Positions 1 through 12,569 of a DNA stretch of 64,000 nt are shown piece after piece (the stretch's first letter is position 1; each line of letters starts with the position of its first letter). Source of the DNA: Hydrolagus colliei (taxonomy: Eukaryota). A program made the position numbers and the translations under genes. The stretch lies in contig CM068742.1 in assembly GCA_035084275.1 (NCBI GenBank), positions 106,392,001 through 106,456,000 of the forward strand. The letters run 5' to 3'. Under the pieces are notes generated by a model that did no database searches, was not told the origin of the DNA, and was given only the letters and a program-made list of their open reading frames with translations.

Positions 1-1172
1 TGAAGTAAATTAAAATGCACCTGACCCTTTATCACCATCCATAGTCCAGCCTTCAACTTCCAGATTCCTAACCTCTGGAACTTCCTCCATCTCCCCTTCC
101 ACCTCGTCCCCTTTCTATCTTTGAATCTCAACTCAACACCTACCTCATTGATTCTACCAATTATCACCTTCCCCCTTTTCACCTCTCCCCAATTTCTCTT
201 GCTTGGCATCCATTCCCATCACTGTGATGCACTTTGAGACCTTATTGTACCTGAAGAGTTCTATATAATTGCACCAAATGACACATTGGCAAGATAAGCT
301 TACATTAATAATGTGCAGTGGTAGTGATGTACTTGCAGCATTTGCTCTGGTGGATTGATGAACAGTGAAGTGAGTTTTTGAGCTGGTCCTGGCTAAAAAT
401 AGAGGTGGTGATTGTTCGTGCTCTGCTGTGCAGGCTGTTGTGGTGCAGTAGATAGTCCACTGGGCTCTCTCTCGCTCGCTCTCCTGATTCTGTGAACAGA
501 GCAGATGGCACACTATCAGTATACATGTACCCCTATCCATTTGGTACCCCTGCCCTGAAGCACCTTTATTATTTAATATAACATGACACACCTGTGCACA
601 GTAAATGTGGCGGATACATTCTTGGAACATACTGGCCAATTTATATCAGAATAATGTAATACACTCGGCCTTCAATAATAATGGGTCTCCATCCAGTTTT
701 GTTTGCTTTATTTTGGAGAGTTTATTAAATGGTCTTTATGTCCATTTATTATACTCTGAGGAAAGTTGGCTCCTGTGACAGCTGGAGGGAAAATGTTTTC
801 AATATGGCTTTCCAATTCTTTAATACCGAGAGTCACAGGAATAGGGACTGGCCTATTGCTGTTATGAGAACCATGTGGGCGGTAGGTAATCGCCTGTTGA
901 ATACTGCATTGCAGATTCTTCTCCACAATTCGCCACATATACCATGTGAGATTGTAACTCAGCCCCTGGCTCCATTGCTGGCCTGTGAGCCCTCTCCGAG
1001 CATAAGCCCTCATGGATATACAACAGCAATTTAATTGCTAAAGCTCTCATCAGGATGGTGACAGAGCTCAGCCATCATTCCCAACACAGTGGAGTGGTAT
1101 GGCTGCTGTCAGCTCCCATCTTTGTACCAGTTTCATTATAGTAGAGTTTACTTTCAAACTCACATTATACTG

Positions 1173-1530
1173 TAATAATAATCCATGCATTTGATAAAGT
1201 GCCTTAACGCATCTTTGAGACGTCTTAAAGCACTTCATGGAATATAGTGTGAAGTGAATTGACAATATTTTGTGGGCAAAATACGGCAGTTAATAATACA
1301 CAGCAGTGTCCCACAAACAGTCGTGGATTGAGTGACCAATTGTTTTAAAAAGGGCTTAATACCCAGAAGACAATCCACCAATTGACTAATAACCAGGTTC
1401 CTATTTTACTACTAGGTACCAGAGGTGTGCAGGGTAAGCAAACTTGCCTAATGTTTTGTCCAGCCCGGGAATCGAACCCAGATCCTCTCGCTTGCAAAGT
1501 GAGCACACTAATCACGATGCTATGGAATGC
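1173..1530 (-). mobile_element. tRNA-derived SINE, long form
   Basis: Reverse-complement (TTA)n tail taataataatcc, shared SINE body, and reverse B box gggaatcgaaccc. Confidence 0.8.
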
Positions 1531-3339
1531 CACATTAAATTGTTTGCTGGTAGAAATTTTATTTAGAATTTGTCATAGAATTCCATGTCCAGGATGGTGC
1601 TGTTTTATAATTCAATTGTCAGAACTGCTTTCACTACCTTCTCAATCCTATGTACACCTTCACTGCATTGCCTGTGGAGTTTGAAGCGCCACTGAGTCTG
1701 TGTTGTGCATTTCGAAGACAGTCCGCGTTGCAGTTAATCGGTCTTGCAGATTGTGTGTCAATAAAAGAGGCTCTACTCTGAATTACTGCATGGCCAGATT
1801 TGATCAATAGCAAAATACACTGTACATAATATGCAGTAACCACAATGCTACACAATTACCAAATACAGTATAGCCCAGGATATAAATACCACACATGCAG
1901 CAGGAAAATGCATGAAATATGCTACACCAATGTAATTTTTTGTTGTATTTCACAACTGACAAGTAAGCGCCCAGTGTGCAAACATGCCAATTGCTACTGT
2001 ATATAAGCAACAGTTGAATCATAAAGGCAGGTAGGGCACACGTGGAATTAGTGGATGGAGGCAAATCAGGTGAGGTGTATAGGAGAGATGTGTTAATTCA
2101 ATTAGATATGTTCCTGCATATAGTGGATCATGGAGGTTTAGAAAATCAAATATCCACTACATTGTGTAATTCAGTGTGTGAATCAAATAAAGTGCAGCAC
2201 AGAAGGAAACACTTTATGTAAGTTCTGTAGACTGTGTAAAACATAGGACTCAAAATTATGGCACGATATCTATCACATCAAATGCAGATGGAAGAGATAT
2301 CCATCATAATTTATTATGTGCGTGTACTGATACCTTTTTGTACGTTTGTACATGTTTGTGTGTGTGTTGATGTTGCAGGCTCAAAGGAGAGTGTGAAATG
2401 GTTCTCGTCACCTTGCATTTTGCATGAGTTAATCTTTTCAGAATATCCTAGTAATGACAAATGTTAAGGACTGGCAGGGTGAGATGGGGTCATTCTCACG
2501 ACACACGGAGTCGGGTTAAACTGCATGGAATTAGTCCTGTTGACAGGAGCAGAGTGGCAAATCACACCTCGGCTAACGGTCTGGGTGGTGCCAATTGACC
2601 TCCTGACACCTGGGGAGTGCAAAGTAGCCATAAACAATTGAGTATTTATTTATACGGTGAGAGGAATCTGCATACACTTCAGGATTTCACAGTGCCTTAA
2701 AACTTCAGGGCAACACATCCAAAGCCTGGCGAGCTTGGGGATTACTGTGTAAGAGGAGCCCGCACATCCAAACAATCCGAACGTGGAAAAACAAAGGCAG
2801 TGGAGTACATAATTACAAACACAAAATGACCTGAATTCCCTATGTGTATTATCAGTCCATGAGGAATTTAGAAAGTACACCAAGCATGAAGAAATCAATA
2901 CGGAATATGAGTTTACAACTTTGTCTGACATGAGGGCAAACATTTCCTGCAACCTTTGTAATTCACGAAATGACTCTTGAATATCAGTCAGTCTTGATTT
3001 AGCAAAACGGAGAGGTCGGTTTGATGGACAGATTCTTTACAAATTGGACAATTAGTTCAAATAGATGTACAGGTTAAATAATAAAACAAATGAATTTTAA
3101 TGCCAAGAAGATTTTGAGTTGCTTTTACAATCACAGGCGAGGAGGCTAGGGTTGAGGTTTGCAGAGAACCAATTGTTGGGGTGCAGAAGTGGCTTCAATA
3201 GAAATGCAGGACTGGCTGCAACGGGGGTGAGGGTAAAGATCTGATTATAATGAAGGTGGAGGTGTAGGGCTGGCTGTAGTGTACCCAAAGTACCTTAATT
3301 GGATACTTGCTCAGATCAAACTCCATATCTCCCAGTTCT

Positions 3340-3742
3340 GGCCAGGCTCCACTGGCTCCCCATCACAAAATGGATCGACTTCAAGATCCTCATACTCTGT
3401 GTTCAAATCCATTCACTCCCAGGCAGCTCCCTATGTTTCTGACCTCCTCAATGCCCAATCCACCACCTGGCACCTTTGCTTGACTGGCACCGGCCTCCTA
3501 CTTGCCCCTCGAACCCTCCACCCCACCATTGGAGGATGTGCTTTCAGTCACTGTTCCCTGAAACTCTGGAATACTTGGTCGCCCCTCCACCTTATCCCCT
3601 CTCTCCCCTTTTTTCAACACCTGCCTGAAAACCTTCATTTTCGACTGGTTACTCGCTGCTCGCCTTGAAGTCAGACTCAGCCACTGTTGAGCGCTCTGAG
3701 ATGCTATCCTGCATGAAGGGTGCTGTATAAGTTGTTGTTGTT
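3340..3742 (+). mobile_element. L2 LINE 3' fragment
   Basis: Degenerate LHWLP..IDFKIL coding segment, then an L2-type 3' end with (TTG)n tail; homologous to 26530-26953. Confidence 0.8.
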
Positions 3743-3802
3743 CTGGGGGTGCAGGGCTGCAGTGGGGATTGGGGGCTCTGCTCCCTTCTGATGGATGGCA
3801 CT

Positions 3803-4060
3803 CCTATTCTTCCTTCACCTCCCCACTCCTCCCCTCTTCTCCCCGCTCCTCCCTCTCTTTTTCTCCCCTCCCCTCACATCCTCTCCCCTCTCCTCTTTTA
3901 CCCTCTACTCTTTTCCCCTCTCCTCCATTCTCCTTCACTCCTCTCCATTCTCCTCCCTTCCCTTATCCTCTCCTCCCTTCACATCCCTTCTCTCCTTCCC
4001 TCACCTATCCTCCCTTTCTCCTCTTGTGTCCTCCCATCCTCCCCTCTCCTTCCCTTCCCT
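3803..4060 (+). repeat. CT-rich low-complexity tract
   Basis: Almost purely pyrimidine (ctcctcccct-like units). Confidence 0.9.
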
Positions 4061-5445
4061 ACATAGAATTCTACATAGAATTCATGGACATTCAGTTACC
4101 TGCTTGTACCAGACCAGATTATGGTGCTTCTTGACAGCTCCAAAGTTAAATTTTTAAAAATAATATTGTAAAACAATTCCTACATTACCCCTTGTATTCC
4201 TCAATTGAATTACTGTATTTGACAAATAGCTATCTAATTCCCTCTTGAATTTGTTGACACAATTTGCCTTTCTGGATAGTCTATTCCACATATAGTACCC
4301 ACCGCTCACTGTAAAATAATTAAATCTGAATTGTCTGTTTGCTTTTCCTCTTCCAAGTTTGAGCCCATCTCCTTGTTCTAGACTTATTGAATTTTAAGGT
4401 TCAGTTTATCCATGTCCTTTAGCATCTCAAATTCTTCACTGGGATCTCCCCCAAGTCTTCTCATCGTTAGTTGTTTTTAGTAAATTTGGTGTTTGATAAA
4501 ATGCAGATAAAGAATCAGTTGAGTGTATTTTAAATATATTTTAATTGAATATTTTCCTTCTATGTTTTATACCCTTTCAGTTACTATAGTGTTTCATTGT
4601 AGTTTGTGCTTTTAAGTTTATGGCGAGAGTTAAAGGCTCTTGGAAAGAACTGTACAAACATTAATTGCTTTCAAATAATGCTACAATTTTTTTCTGTTTG
4701 GGAGCATTTTAGTTCATTTTTTTAAGTACAAAGACAGTGGGCATGCAAAGGCAGAATATTGTGATAATCTCCAGTCAAGATATGCACTCAAAAGTGCATA
4801 TCTTGACTATATGATCAAAAGGATCATATAGTCATTTGTTTTCCATGTAATTACTTAGTGTGTAACCCAATGGCCTGTTTAATCCTGACAATTTCTGTGG
4901 GAATCAAGAGCATCTTCTTTTTTATATACAGTTTCAGTGTGACCTTTCCTTTTATTTGCAGTGTCTGTGTAAGCAGGGATATGACTGCGAATGCATTATT
5001 TAAATACCCACCAAGTGAATCCACTCTGGATTTCTTAAAATTAAAGTGCTAAGATCTTCCACTAATTCTACCTTGGTAACCCACATCAAAAGGCAGCTTT
5101 GTTTCACTGTCTGACTTTCATTACAAACAGAGAGACTCGTGTAATTAATAGTTTGAATCCCGGATTCCTGCAGGGTTGATACTTTTCTATTTATAAGGCT
5201 GGAAAGATTGCTAATCGTTAAACATTTTATTGCGCAACTGGAAGCTATAATTTGCCATTCACCCCCTAATGTTTTTATTTGCATTTACTCTGTGTTTGAA
5301 TCCAGCAAGAGAGTGCTGCTTGGGACAAGTGGGTGCATGTTCAGCATTGTAACAAGCAAAAGGTGCCTTATTGTACGCTTTACACCCATCCAAAATCTTC
5401 TTGTGTCAGCAACCTACAGTTCCGCTGCCATCATTGACACAAGTT

Positions 5446-6075
5446 ATCATAGAATTATACAGCACAGAAGGAGGTCATTTGGCCCACCGTGTCTGTGCCA
5501 AAAGAGTTATCCAAATCAATCCCACTCCCCCGTTCTCTCACCATATCCCTGCAAACGTGTTCTCCCCAAATAATTATCTGCTTCTCTCTTAAAAGTTGTT
5601 ATTGAATTTCTCCTCATCTTTCCTCTATTTCTTTTAACAACTATTTTAAATCAGTGCCCTCGCCAGTGGAAATTGTTTCTCTTTGTTCACTTTATTGAAT
5701 CCCCTTAGAATTTTGAAAACTTGTATTAAGTCTTCTCTTAACCTTCTCTACTCCAAGGAGAATAATCCTGGTGTCTCTAGCCTCTCTTGATAACTGAAGT
5801 CCCTTATTCCTAGTACAGTACCATCCTAGTAAATCACCTTTGCGCCTCATAAAGTGTGATGCCCAGAACTGATGCAGTACACCAGCGGAGGCCTAACCGA
5901 TTTCATAAAGGTACATCAGAACTTCCCAACGTTTGTATTCTATGCTCCTGTTATAAAGACTACTATCCTGTATGCTTTTTTTTAAACAGCTTTATCTACC
6001 TGTCCTGTCACCCTCAAAGATTTACTGATGTGAACCCGAGGTCTCTCTTTTCCTTCACCCCCTTTATTTAAGATT
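5446..6075 (-). mobile_element. CR1 LINE 3' fragment, decayed
   Basis: Starts with tcatagaattatacagcacagaaggagg (reverse CR1 tail), followed by reverse-strand CR1 ORF2 C-terminal remnants. Confidence 0.7.
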
Positions 6076-9000
6076 GTACCAAAGTTAACCTTTTGCTTGT
6101 AGCAAAAGGCATTACTAACTGTGTGAAAAGGCTTGAAATGCATGGATTTGGTGCCACTTTCAAATACTGGAGGAAGATAAACAAGTTGGAGCAATTTGCT
6201 AATTCATAGCTACTTATAGGTTGCATCTCCTTCTGCAGTTTCCATTGCAATTTTTGTTTTAAATGAATGTACAGTAAACTTAGCTATTTAAATGCCACTT
6301 ATTTGGTTGGTTTATTCTTTCAGTTAGAGAACATCAACAACAACTTGCATTTGTATAGTGCCTTTCAAGTAGGGGAAGTGCCTTGATGTGCTGAAAGGAT
6401 TCAGGGAGGACAACTGTACCTTTTTCACTAACATCAAGCATCAAGTTAAGGACAACCCCATAGCAAATAGAAACTAAAGAATAGGAAGCGGAGGAAAAAT
6501 AATTTAATAAAAGTTTGTTAATCACATGGCACAAACTAAGTGGTGGAGCAAGGAACCATCTCTAAAGGCTTCAAAAAATGAACCAAACAAGTTCCTGGAA
6601 ATTCAAAGGTTTCGGGCATTATATAATGCTGTTATTATATGAGAGAGACGTGATGAAGTAAGCTTTGGGAGCAGCCTAAAACAGGAAATTTGTGAAACTC
6701 ATTCATGCAAACTTTAACTGGCAAAATGTGTAAGCATTATGTGTTGTGAAAGAGGTAATTCAGAACTCAAGCTGTACACAGTGTGTAGGAATTCAACTAT
6801 TTTATCAATTTGAGAGAGTGCCGTTTTGAAGAGGCGAGTATTAGTATCCTGGAAAGATAGTAGCAGTTGCATTCAGAACTGATTTTTTAATTATGTCCCG
6901 TCAGTATCTGTTTTGGACCTGTCTTTCGATCCTCTTCATGTGATGCCTTTTTATGTATAAGAGAATGGCAATAATCGTTTTAATGAGCTATTACATTTTT
7001 TTTAGTGCTCTCCTAAGCAATAAAAAGCTTGGCCGGTCACCTCCCGATTACAGTAAATGATTTCACCTTAATGCATTATTGATTCATCTGTGTGTATGTA
7101 CTGTACAATGTATTTTTGTCAATCTATAACCATATAGCAGTATGAATGTGTGGTGCATGGGGCTAAGCTTGAAACTGAAATACTTCTAATGGTGAAAAAA
7201 TATCCACCAAAATAAGTCTAAATGTCTGGAGACAAAGGGATGAATTCATCTCAACCATTTTCCTTTTTATTTTTGAAGAATGAAATATCGATATGGGTTT
7301 CTTTTCATTCTCTTCCTCTTGTTCTTCTTTCATGGTATATGTACAGTTACTTAGAAGTTGCCATTTGCAGAATGTACCCCATACAATGACTATAGGCACT
7401 GAACTGTGTATTTTTGAGTGTAGTTGATAAAACAAATACAGAGAATTGATGCATATTGAAGATCAGGTAAGAAAATGTTATCAATTCAGAATTGATGAAC
7501 AATACTACAGTGAGATCTTTACTGGGAAAATATGATTCCAGGAAAACGATAATTAGCAAATGACATTGCTGAAGTTTATATTTTCTCAGCCATCTTAAAA
7601 AGTGCTCTTGCATGTTAATATTCATGTCAGGTTTTTCAGTACCTTTTTACTGTTGCATCTAGTGCTGCATGTACACACTTATTAAAAAGGCACTGCAGTG
7701 TAAAATGCCTGTGCCCAGATATGTGTGATTGCTGCAACAACAAAAACAAAATTACAGTTGTATAGCGCCTTTCAAGTCGGCAGGACGTCCCAAGGTGCTG
7801 CTGCAGAGCTGGATGCCGCCAGTGGATTTGTATGGTTCCCTCGTTGGGACAAACTCATATATCCTGAGCAGAAGTATTTGTCTGCTAGAGTCATCTATAG
7901 TTCGGCTAATATTGTCAATTTTGCTGATGTGATATGGTAATTTCAAAAAATACACTTTCTGTATTTACAAAAGAAGCCTATCTTGTACAGTTAGTCATTT
8001 CCTCACAATAAAATACACACTAGTTAAACATGGCCTGTTATGTTTACCATAGTATTTGCCTTACTATTAAGATGTCTGGTCACCGAATATTTAGCTTACC
8101 CCACATGAGTGGACGCCTCCATCCTCCAAATCAGAGAGCATTCTCTTAGTCGATCAGGTTAGCTCCTCAGCTGAAGGCTGAAAAAGAACATCACTTGCAT
8201 AGTTCAACAGTGTCAACATCACAGGAAGTGTGGAAATACAGAGGTGGCGGGAAAAATATTATTAGGAGGTTGAACAACAGCAACAAGTTACTTTTAGATA
8301 GCGCCCTTCAAGCACAAGGAGCATTTCAAAGCTTTTTACAGAAGGAAATGAATTAAAAATGAAGCTTGTGTTATGCAAGCAATCACAGCAATTTATTTGA
8401 GCAATACAATGAGAGCACAGGAATGATGAGAATTTAAAAGCTGTATTTTTCACTGAAACTGCCCTGTTTATCCCACTATTATCAGTGGAAGTAAACTTTA
8501 GCTGCAATTGTATTTGATTTAGCACATTATTACATTGTCAAGATGTCTCAAAAGGTTTTACTCTATAGAGTCTAGTGACTGTTCAATTTGTAGGCTATGA
8601 TAACATCGAAGATCAAGAAACTAATTTGATATATATTTTTCCAATAATACCAATAATTTTAAGCCTCAATTTTTTTTAAAAAGGCTAATAAAGTCCAATC
8701 AAACAGCAGACTCTGTCTCGACACAATTGGAATAGCATCCCGGTAATAAATTCCTGCCATTGAACTTTATTAATTGCAAAATGGTTGATGAGTGATCAAA
8801 TGTATCAGTACCGACCTTGGCTATTAGCAAAGTGGCCCCTGTCAATAGCCTATCGACAGTGGGGAAGTGATGCAGTATCTGGGTGCTTGTGGTTACGAAA
8901 GCAGTTCATCCTGCAGGTGTGCTCGTGAGACTGGCTGATTTGCATCAGATGATTTTGTAACCATGGAAGTGATGCTGGACATGGCCTTGAGTTTTCTTTG

Positions 9001-9284
9001 GGGTTCATTGGCAGCACGTTCAGATTTAAAGTGCATTTATTACAGTATGCCTTCTAAATGGTCTTTCTGACTCGGAATGGAGAGAGAATGAAAAAAATTA
9101 TTTCTTTCATTTCATCAGAAAATGCATAGTCCAAAATGCTCACAGGTTTTGTCTTCCCGGAATCACCTTTATATGCACTCCCTGCCCCATTTTTCAGTGG
9201 GTAAAACATATGGGTCAACTATCCACTTCATTTAGTTCTCGATACACACACATCTTCTGCTGTTTCACCTTTCACCTTCACTGT

Positions 9285-9705
9285 TTCACAATTCAAGATC
9301 CTCGACCTCACATTCAAAGCCCTCCCAGGCCTCGCCCCACCCTACATCTGTGACCTCCTAATGCCCTATCAACCTATCTGCTCAGCAGGCTCCGGCCTGC
9401 TCCACATCCCCTGACCCACCATTGTCGGGTGAGCCGTCAGCCACTCTGCCCCCAACCTCTGGCCCTCCATTCCACAGTCCCTCCACCTCGCCACCCCGCC
9501 CCCCCCACCTCCCTGGCCTCCATCAAGCCATGCCTCAAGACCCTCCTCTTCAACGGTCCCATTGGTCATCCCAAATCCCTCCCTTTCCCTCCACCCTCCT
9601 CGATCCCGACATGAGCTCGGGTCTGAAATAATGACTGTCCAACGCCTTGGGTTGTCCTCCTGATGTGAAAGGCACTATACAAGTGTAATTTTATTGTCGT
9701 TGTTT
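9285..9705 (+). mobile_element. L2 LINE 3' fragment
   Basis: ttcaagatcctc...ggcctcgccccaccctacatc (FKIL...GLAPPYI), then L2 3' end gtgaaaggcactatacaagtgtaattt..ttgtcgttg. Confidence 0.8.
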
Positions 9706-11029
9706 GTATTCTCTGTCTTTTGTGTTGTAAAATGTGTGTCCCCTTTCAATTGGATTCGAGCCAGTGATCTTGTTCCTTTGCTAATTGGAGACATAGTTTG
9801 CTGGCATTGTATGATATTAACATTTTGGGGCATTCCAGCTGTGTTGATTATCCTCTGTGTAGACCACCAAACTGGCCCAGTCTGTTGTCATCAAACAATA
9901 AGTAGAGAGTTCTTAAGGCCTCAGGAGAGCAGTGTGATTTACTCACTTTCAAAGACAAGTAATATGTAGTCTTTTCAATTATAGTATTTGTTTAACCTTT
10001 CCAATTCTTAATTCATAATTCACTCTTCTAAGAATCCTGACCAGGCATTGGAGGGAGGTGGTGAATCAGAGACATGGATAGGGTAGTACATGTTCTCAGC
10101 CTTAAGGGCATTGTTTTAACATTTTAAGTTAATGTTGTCTTAATATTGAAGCCAACTTTCCATATTTCTTTTTGGCAATATGCGTACTTGTGAATCCCTG
10201 GCATTTCATTTCCTGATGGTATTTTCAATCTTTTGATTAAGGAGAGTTCTTGGGAGTATTTCTGTATGGCTCATATCCCAGACTCTGCTGGTCAGTGTGT
10301 ATATGCTGTCTTGGTTTATTCTCTTTTTTTCTAGTGATTACCCTTTGCCTCTGGGTGCCGCAGACTGATAATGTCTGGCTCATTTATTGGATGAAATAAA
10401 AGACTAGTACAGACCGATCCATTGGCACAGATTAAATGGAAGTTTGGAAGAGCCCAGTGATCATAGATGATGCAGAACTCTGACCAGCAAGATTGTGGTG
10501 GAATGTTTGACGACCAAACAGTCAGCAGATGTTGTCCACAAACTGGAGCCTTTCAGAGAATCTAATCTGCTAGATATACAGAGAGTTCTTATCTTTCAGT
10601 GTTAAAGTTTGATTGATAGACTGCTACTGTGCAAGCCTGCAAAGTCCAGAACTGAGTCAGATCAGGGACAGGAACAGTGAGACACAGGAGTAGTGATACA
10701 GGGCAGGTCAGGGCATGTTACCATCAGTTCCATTTACTTTACAATCCGAGTCCTCAAATTTGGAGCTCTGTTCATAGAGTTTCATATATTTAAAAAATTA
10801 GGTGACAAACGCCTCTCAATGACTGGAATGTGATATACAATCTGAGTTTTTTGAGATCTTTGAATTTACCAGGGAATTGTAAGTCCAGGGAACACTATTT
10901 AGCAAACGGCTAAGTTTTAAAATACTGCTGCGTACTTGCCTGTGTCGTGCCTGTCCACTTCAGCAACTGATATAGCTAAAACTACATAGAATTTGGAACC
11001 TTTTATTTATTTTTAAAATTTGGCCACAT

Positions 11030-11190
11030 AATCCACGAATGTTTGTGGGACACTGCTATGCACAATTGGCTGCCTCGTTTCACCCACATGATACAGTCCA
11101 GTCAGTTTGCAGCATATTCCGTGAAGCGCTTTGAGATGTCTCAACAATGTGACAAGGTGCCATAATCAAATAAAAGGATTATTATTATTA
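11030..11190 (+). mobile_element. SINE 3' half ending about 40 nt upstream of the BNC2 acceptor
   Basis: tgtttgtgggacactgct...gtgaagcgctttgagatgtc...ggattattattatta. Confidence 0.85.
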
Positions 11191-11230
11191 TCAGCTTGAC
11201 AATCTCCTGTTTTTTCCCCTTCTCTTTCAG

Positions 11231-11333
11231 GCTATCCGCTGCACTCTGGTAAATTGCACTTGTGAATGTTTTCAACCGGGGAAGATAAACCTGCGGACTT
11301 GTGACCAATGCAAACATGGCTGGGTGGCTCACG
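11231..11333 (+). CDS. BNC2: Basonuclin-2 internal coding exon (Cys-rich N-terminal region; equivalent to human exon 4)
   Basis: Polypyrimidine tract and acceptor tctctttcag|GCT, donor CACG|gtaagt. Translates to [34 protein letters not shown], which I recognise as BNC2 (BNC1 reads [23 protein letters not shown]). 103 nt, starts phase 0, ends phase 1. Confidence 0.96.
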
Positions 11334-11590
11334 GTAAGTGAAAGAGGAAAGGGTGTCCTCCACTGTGGAATAAGGTTTTAACAAGTATTACAGTGAGTCT
11401 GCACTTGCATCTTTTCCGCCCACAGATTTACAGTAATTAATTTTACAGTCTATTCCTTGAAGCATTTTGAGAAGTATATCAAATGCAAAGATTATGATTT
11501 TTATGATATTGTCATTCCTGAATCGAATTTTGGAAAACATTCTGTAAGTTTACAATACGTATTGAGATCTTTGAAGTTATCAAGGATTTG

Positions 11591-11700
11591 TAATAATAAT
11601 AATCTTTGCATTTGATATAGTGCTTTTCATGCCTTCTGGACGTCTCAAAGCGCTTCACAGAATACATTGTAAAGTGAATTGACTGTATATTTGTGGGCAA
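11591..11700 (-). mobile_element. SINE 3' fragment, antisense
   Basis: taataataataatctttgcatttgatatag...ctcaaagcgcttcacagaata...tttgtgggcaa, the reverse complement of the family tail. Confidence 0.85.
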
Positions 11701-12277
11701 GTAAGTAAGACCAGGAAACACTACTTAGCAAATAGACAAGGTTCTGTATCTTCTTATGCACTTTCCTTTTTAGTACCTGTCCACTTCAGCAACTTTTACT
11801 TACTGTATGAGGCACAGATTATGTAAAAGTACATCACAAACTGTTTAACAAAGGTCACAGTGAACATTGAACAAGATGTTGAAGGACATTCTCATTGTGG
11901 TGCATTGCGTCTGGGGTGGAATGGGAAGTTTCCTTAGGGATGAATGTTATCTGATGGGAGGCCTCGCAAACTAGTCAAGCAGTTCTGTAGGCACTGTGGG
12001 TGCAAACCAAGAAAATTATCCCCAGATGCTGCAGATTTCACCTCATATTTGGGTGAAATTTGCAGCATCTCATAATGATACATGTCACAATATTTTGTAT
12101 TAGTTGTTTACAATTCTTCCGCCCTGTGAGCTTTGACAAGCATTGTGATAAGTGTCTATATCAAATGCAAAGATTATTATTATTATTAGAAGCATTTCAC
12201 AATCTGTGACTACAGGACTTGAGGCTCACAATCTACCTAACCCACCAGTGCAGAGATAAGTGGTGCTGCCTTTGGAT

Positions 12278-12569
12278 GAGTCCTGTAGCTCAGTGGTTAG
12301 AGCACTCGCCTTACAAGCATGAGACCTGTGTTCAAATCCAGGCAGGTCAGTTTCCTTGCCTAATAATAATCCCTCCAAAAAAAAACCAATAATAAAATTG
12401 GTCATTTCAATCCATGACTGTTTGTTGGATACTGCTGTGCACAATTGGCTGCTGCGCTTTGCCCACAAATATACAGTCAATTCACTTTACAGTATATTCT
12501 GTGAAGTGCTTTCATATGTTCAGAAGATGTGAAAAGCGCTGTATCAAATTCAAGGATGATTATTATTAT
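12278..12569 (+). mobile_element. Full-length tRNA-derived SINE (short form) inserted in an older Deu-type SINE (about 12205-12680)
   Basis: A box tagctcagtgg, B box gttcaaatcc, (TTA)n tail. The flanks rejoin as ctttggatgag|atgttaaaccgag, a Deu-domain motif. Confidence 0.85.

Noticed and set aside
3749-4157. Three overlapping Pro/Ser/Leu-rich ORFs
   Set aside because: Artefact of the CT-rich tract, which lacks stop codons.
12278-12352. tRNA-like sequences here and at 43568, 53987 and 55192
   Set aside because: They are SINE heads running straight into the SINE body; no intact cloverleaf acceptor stem or Pol III terminator.
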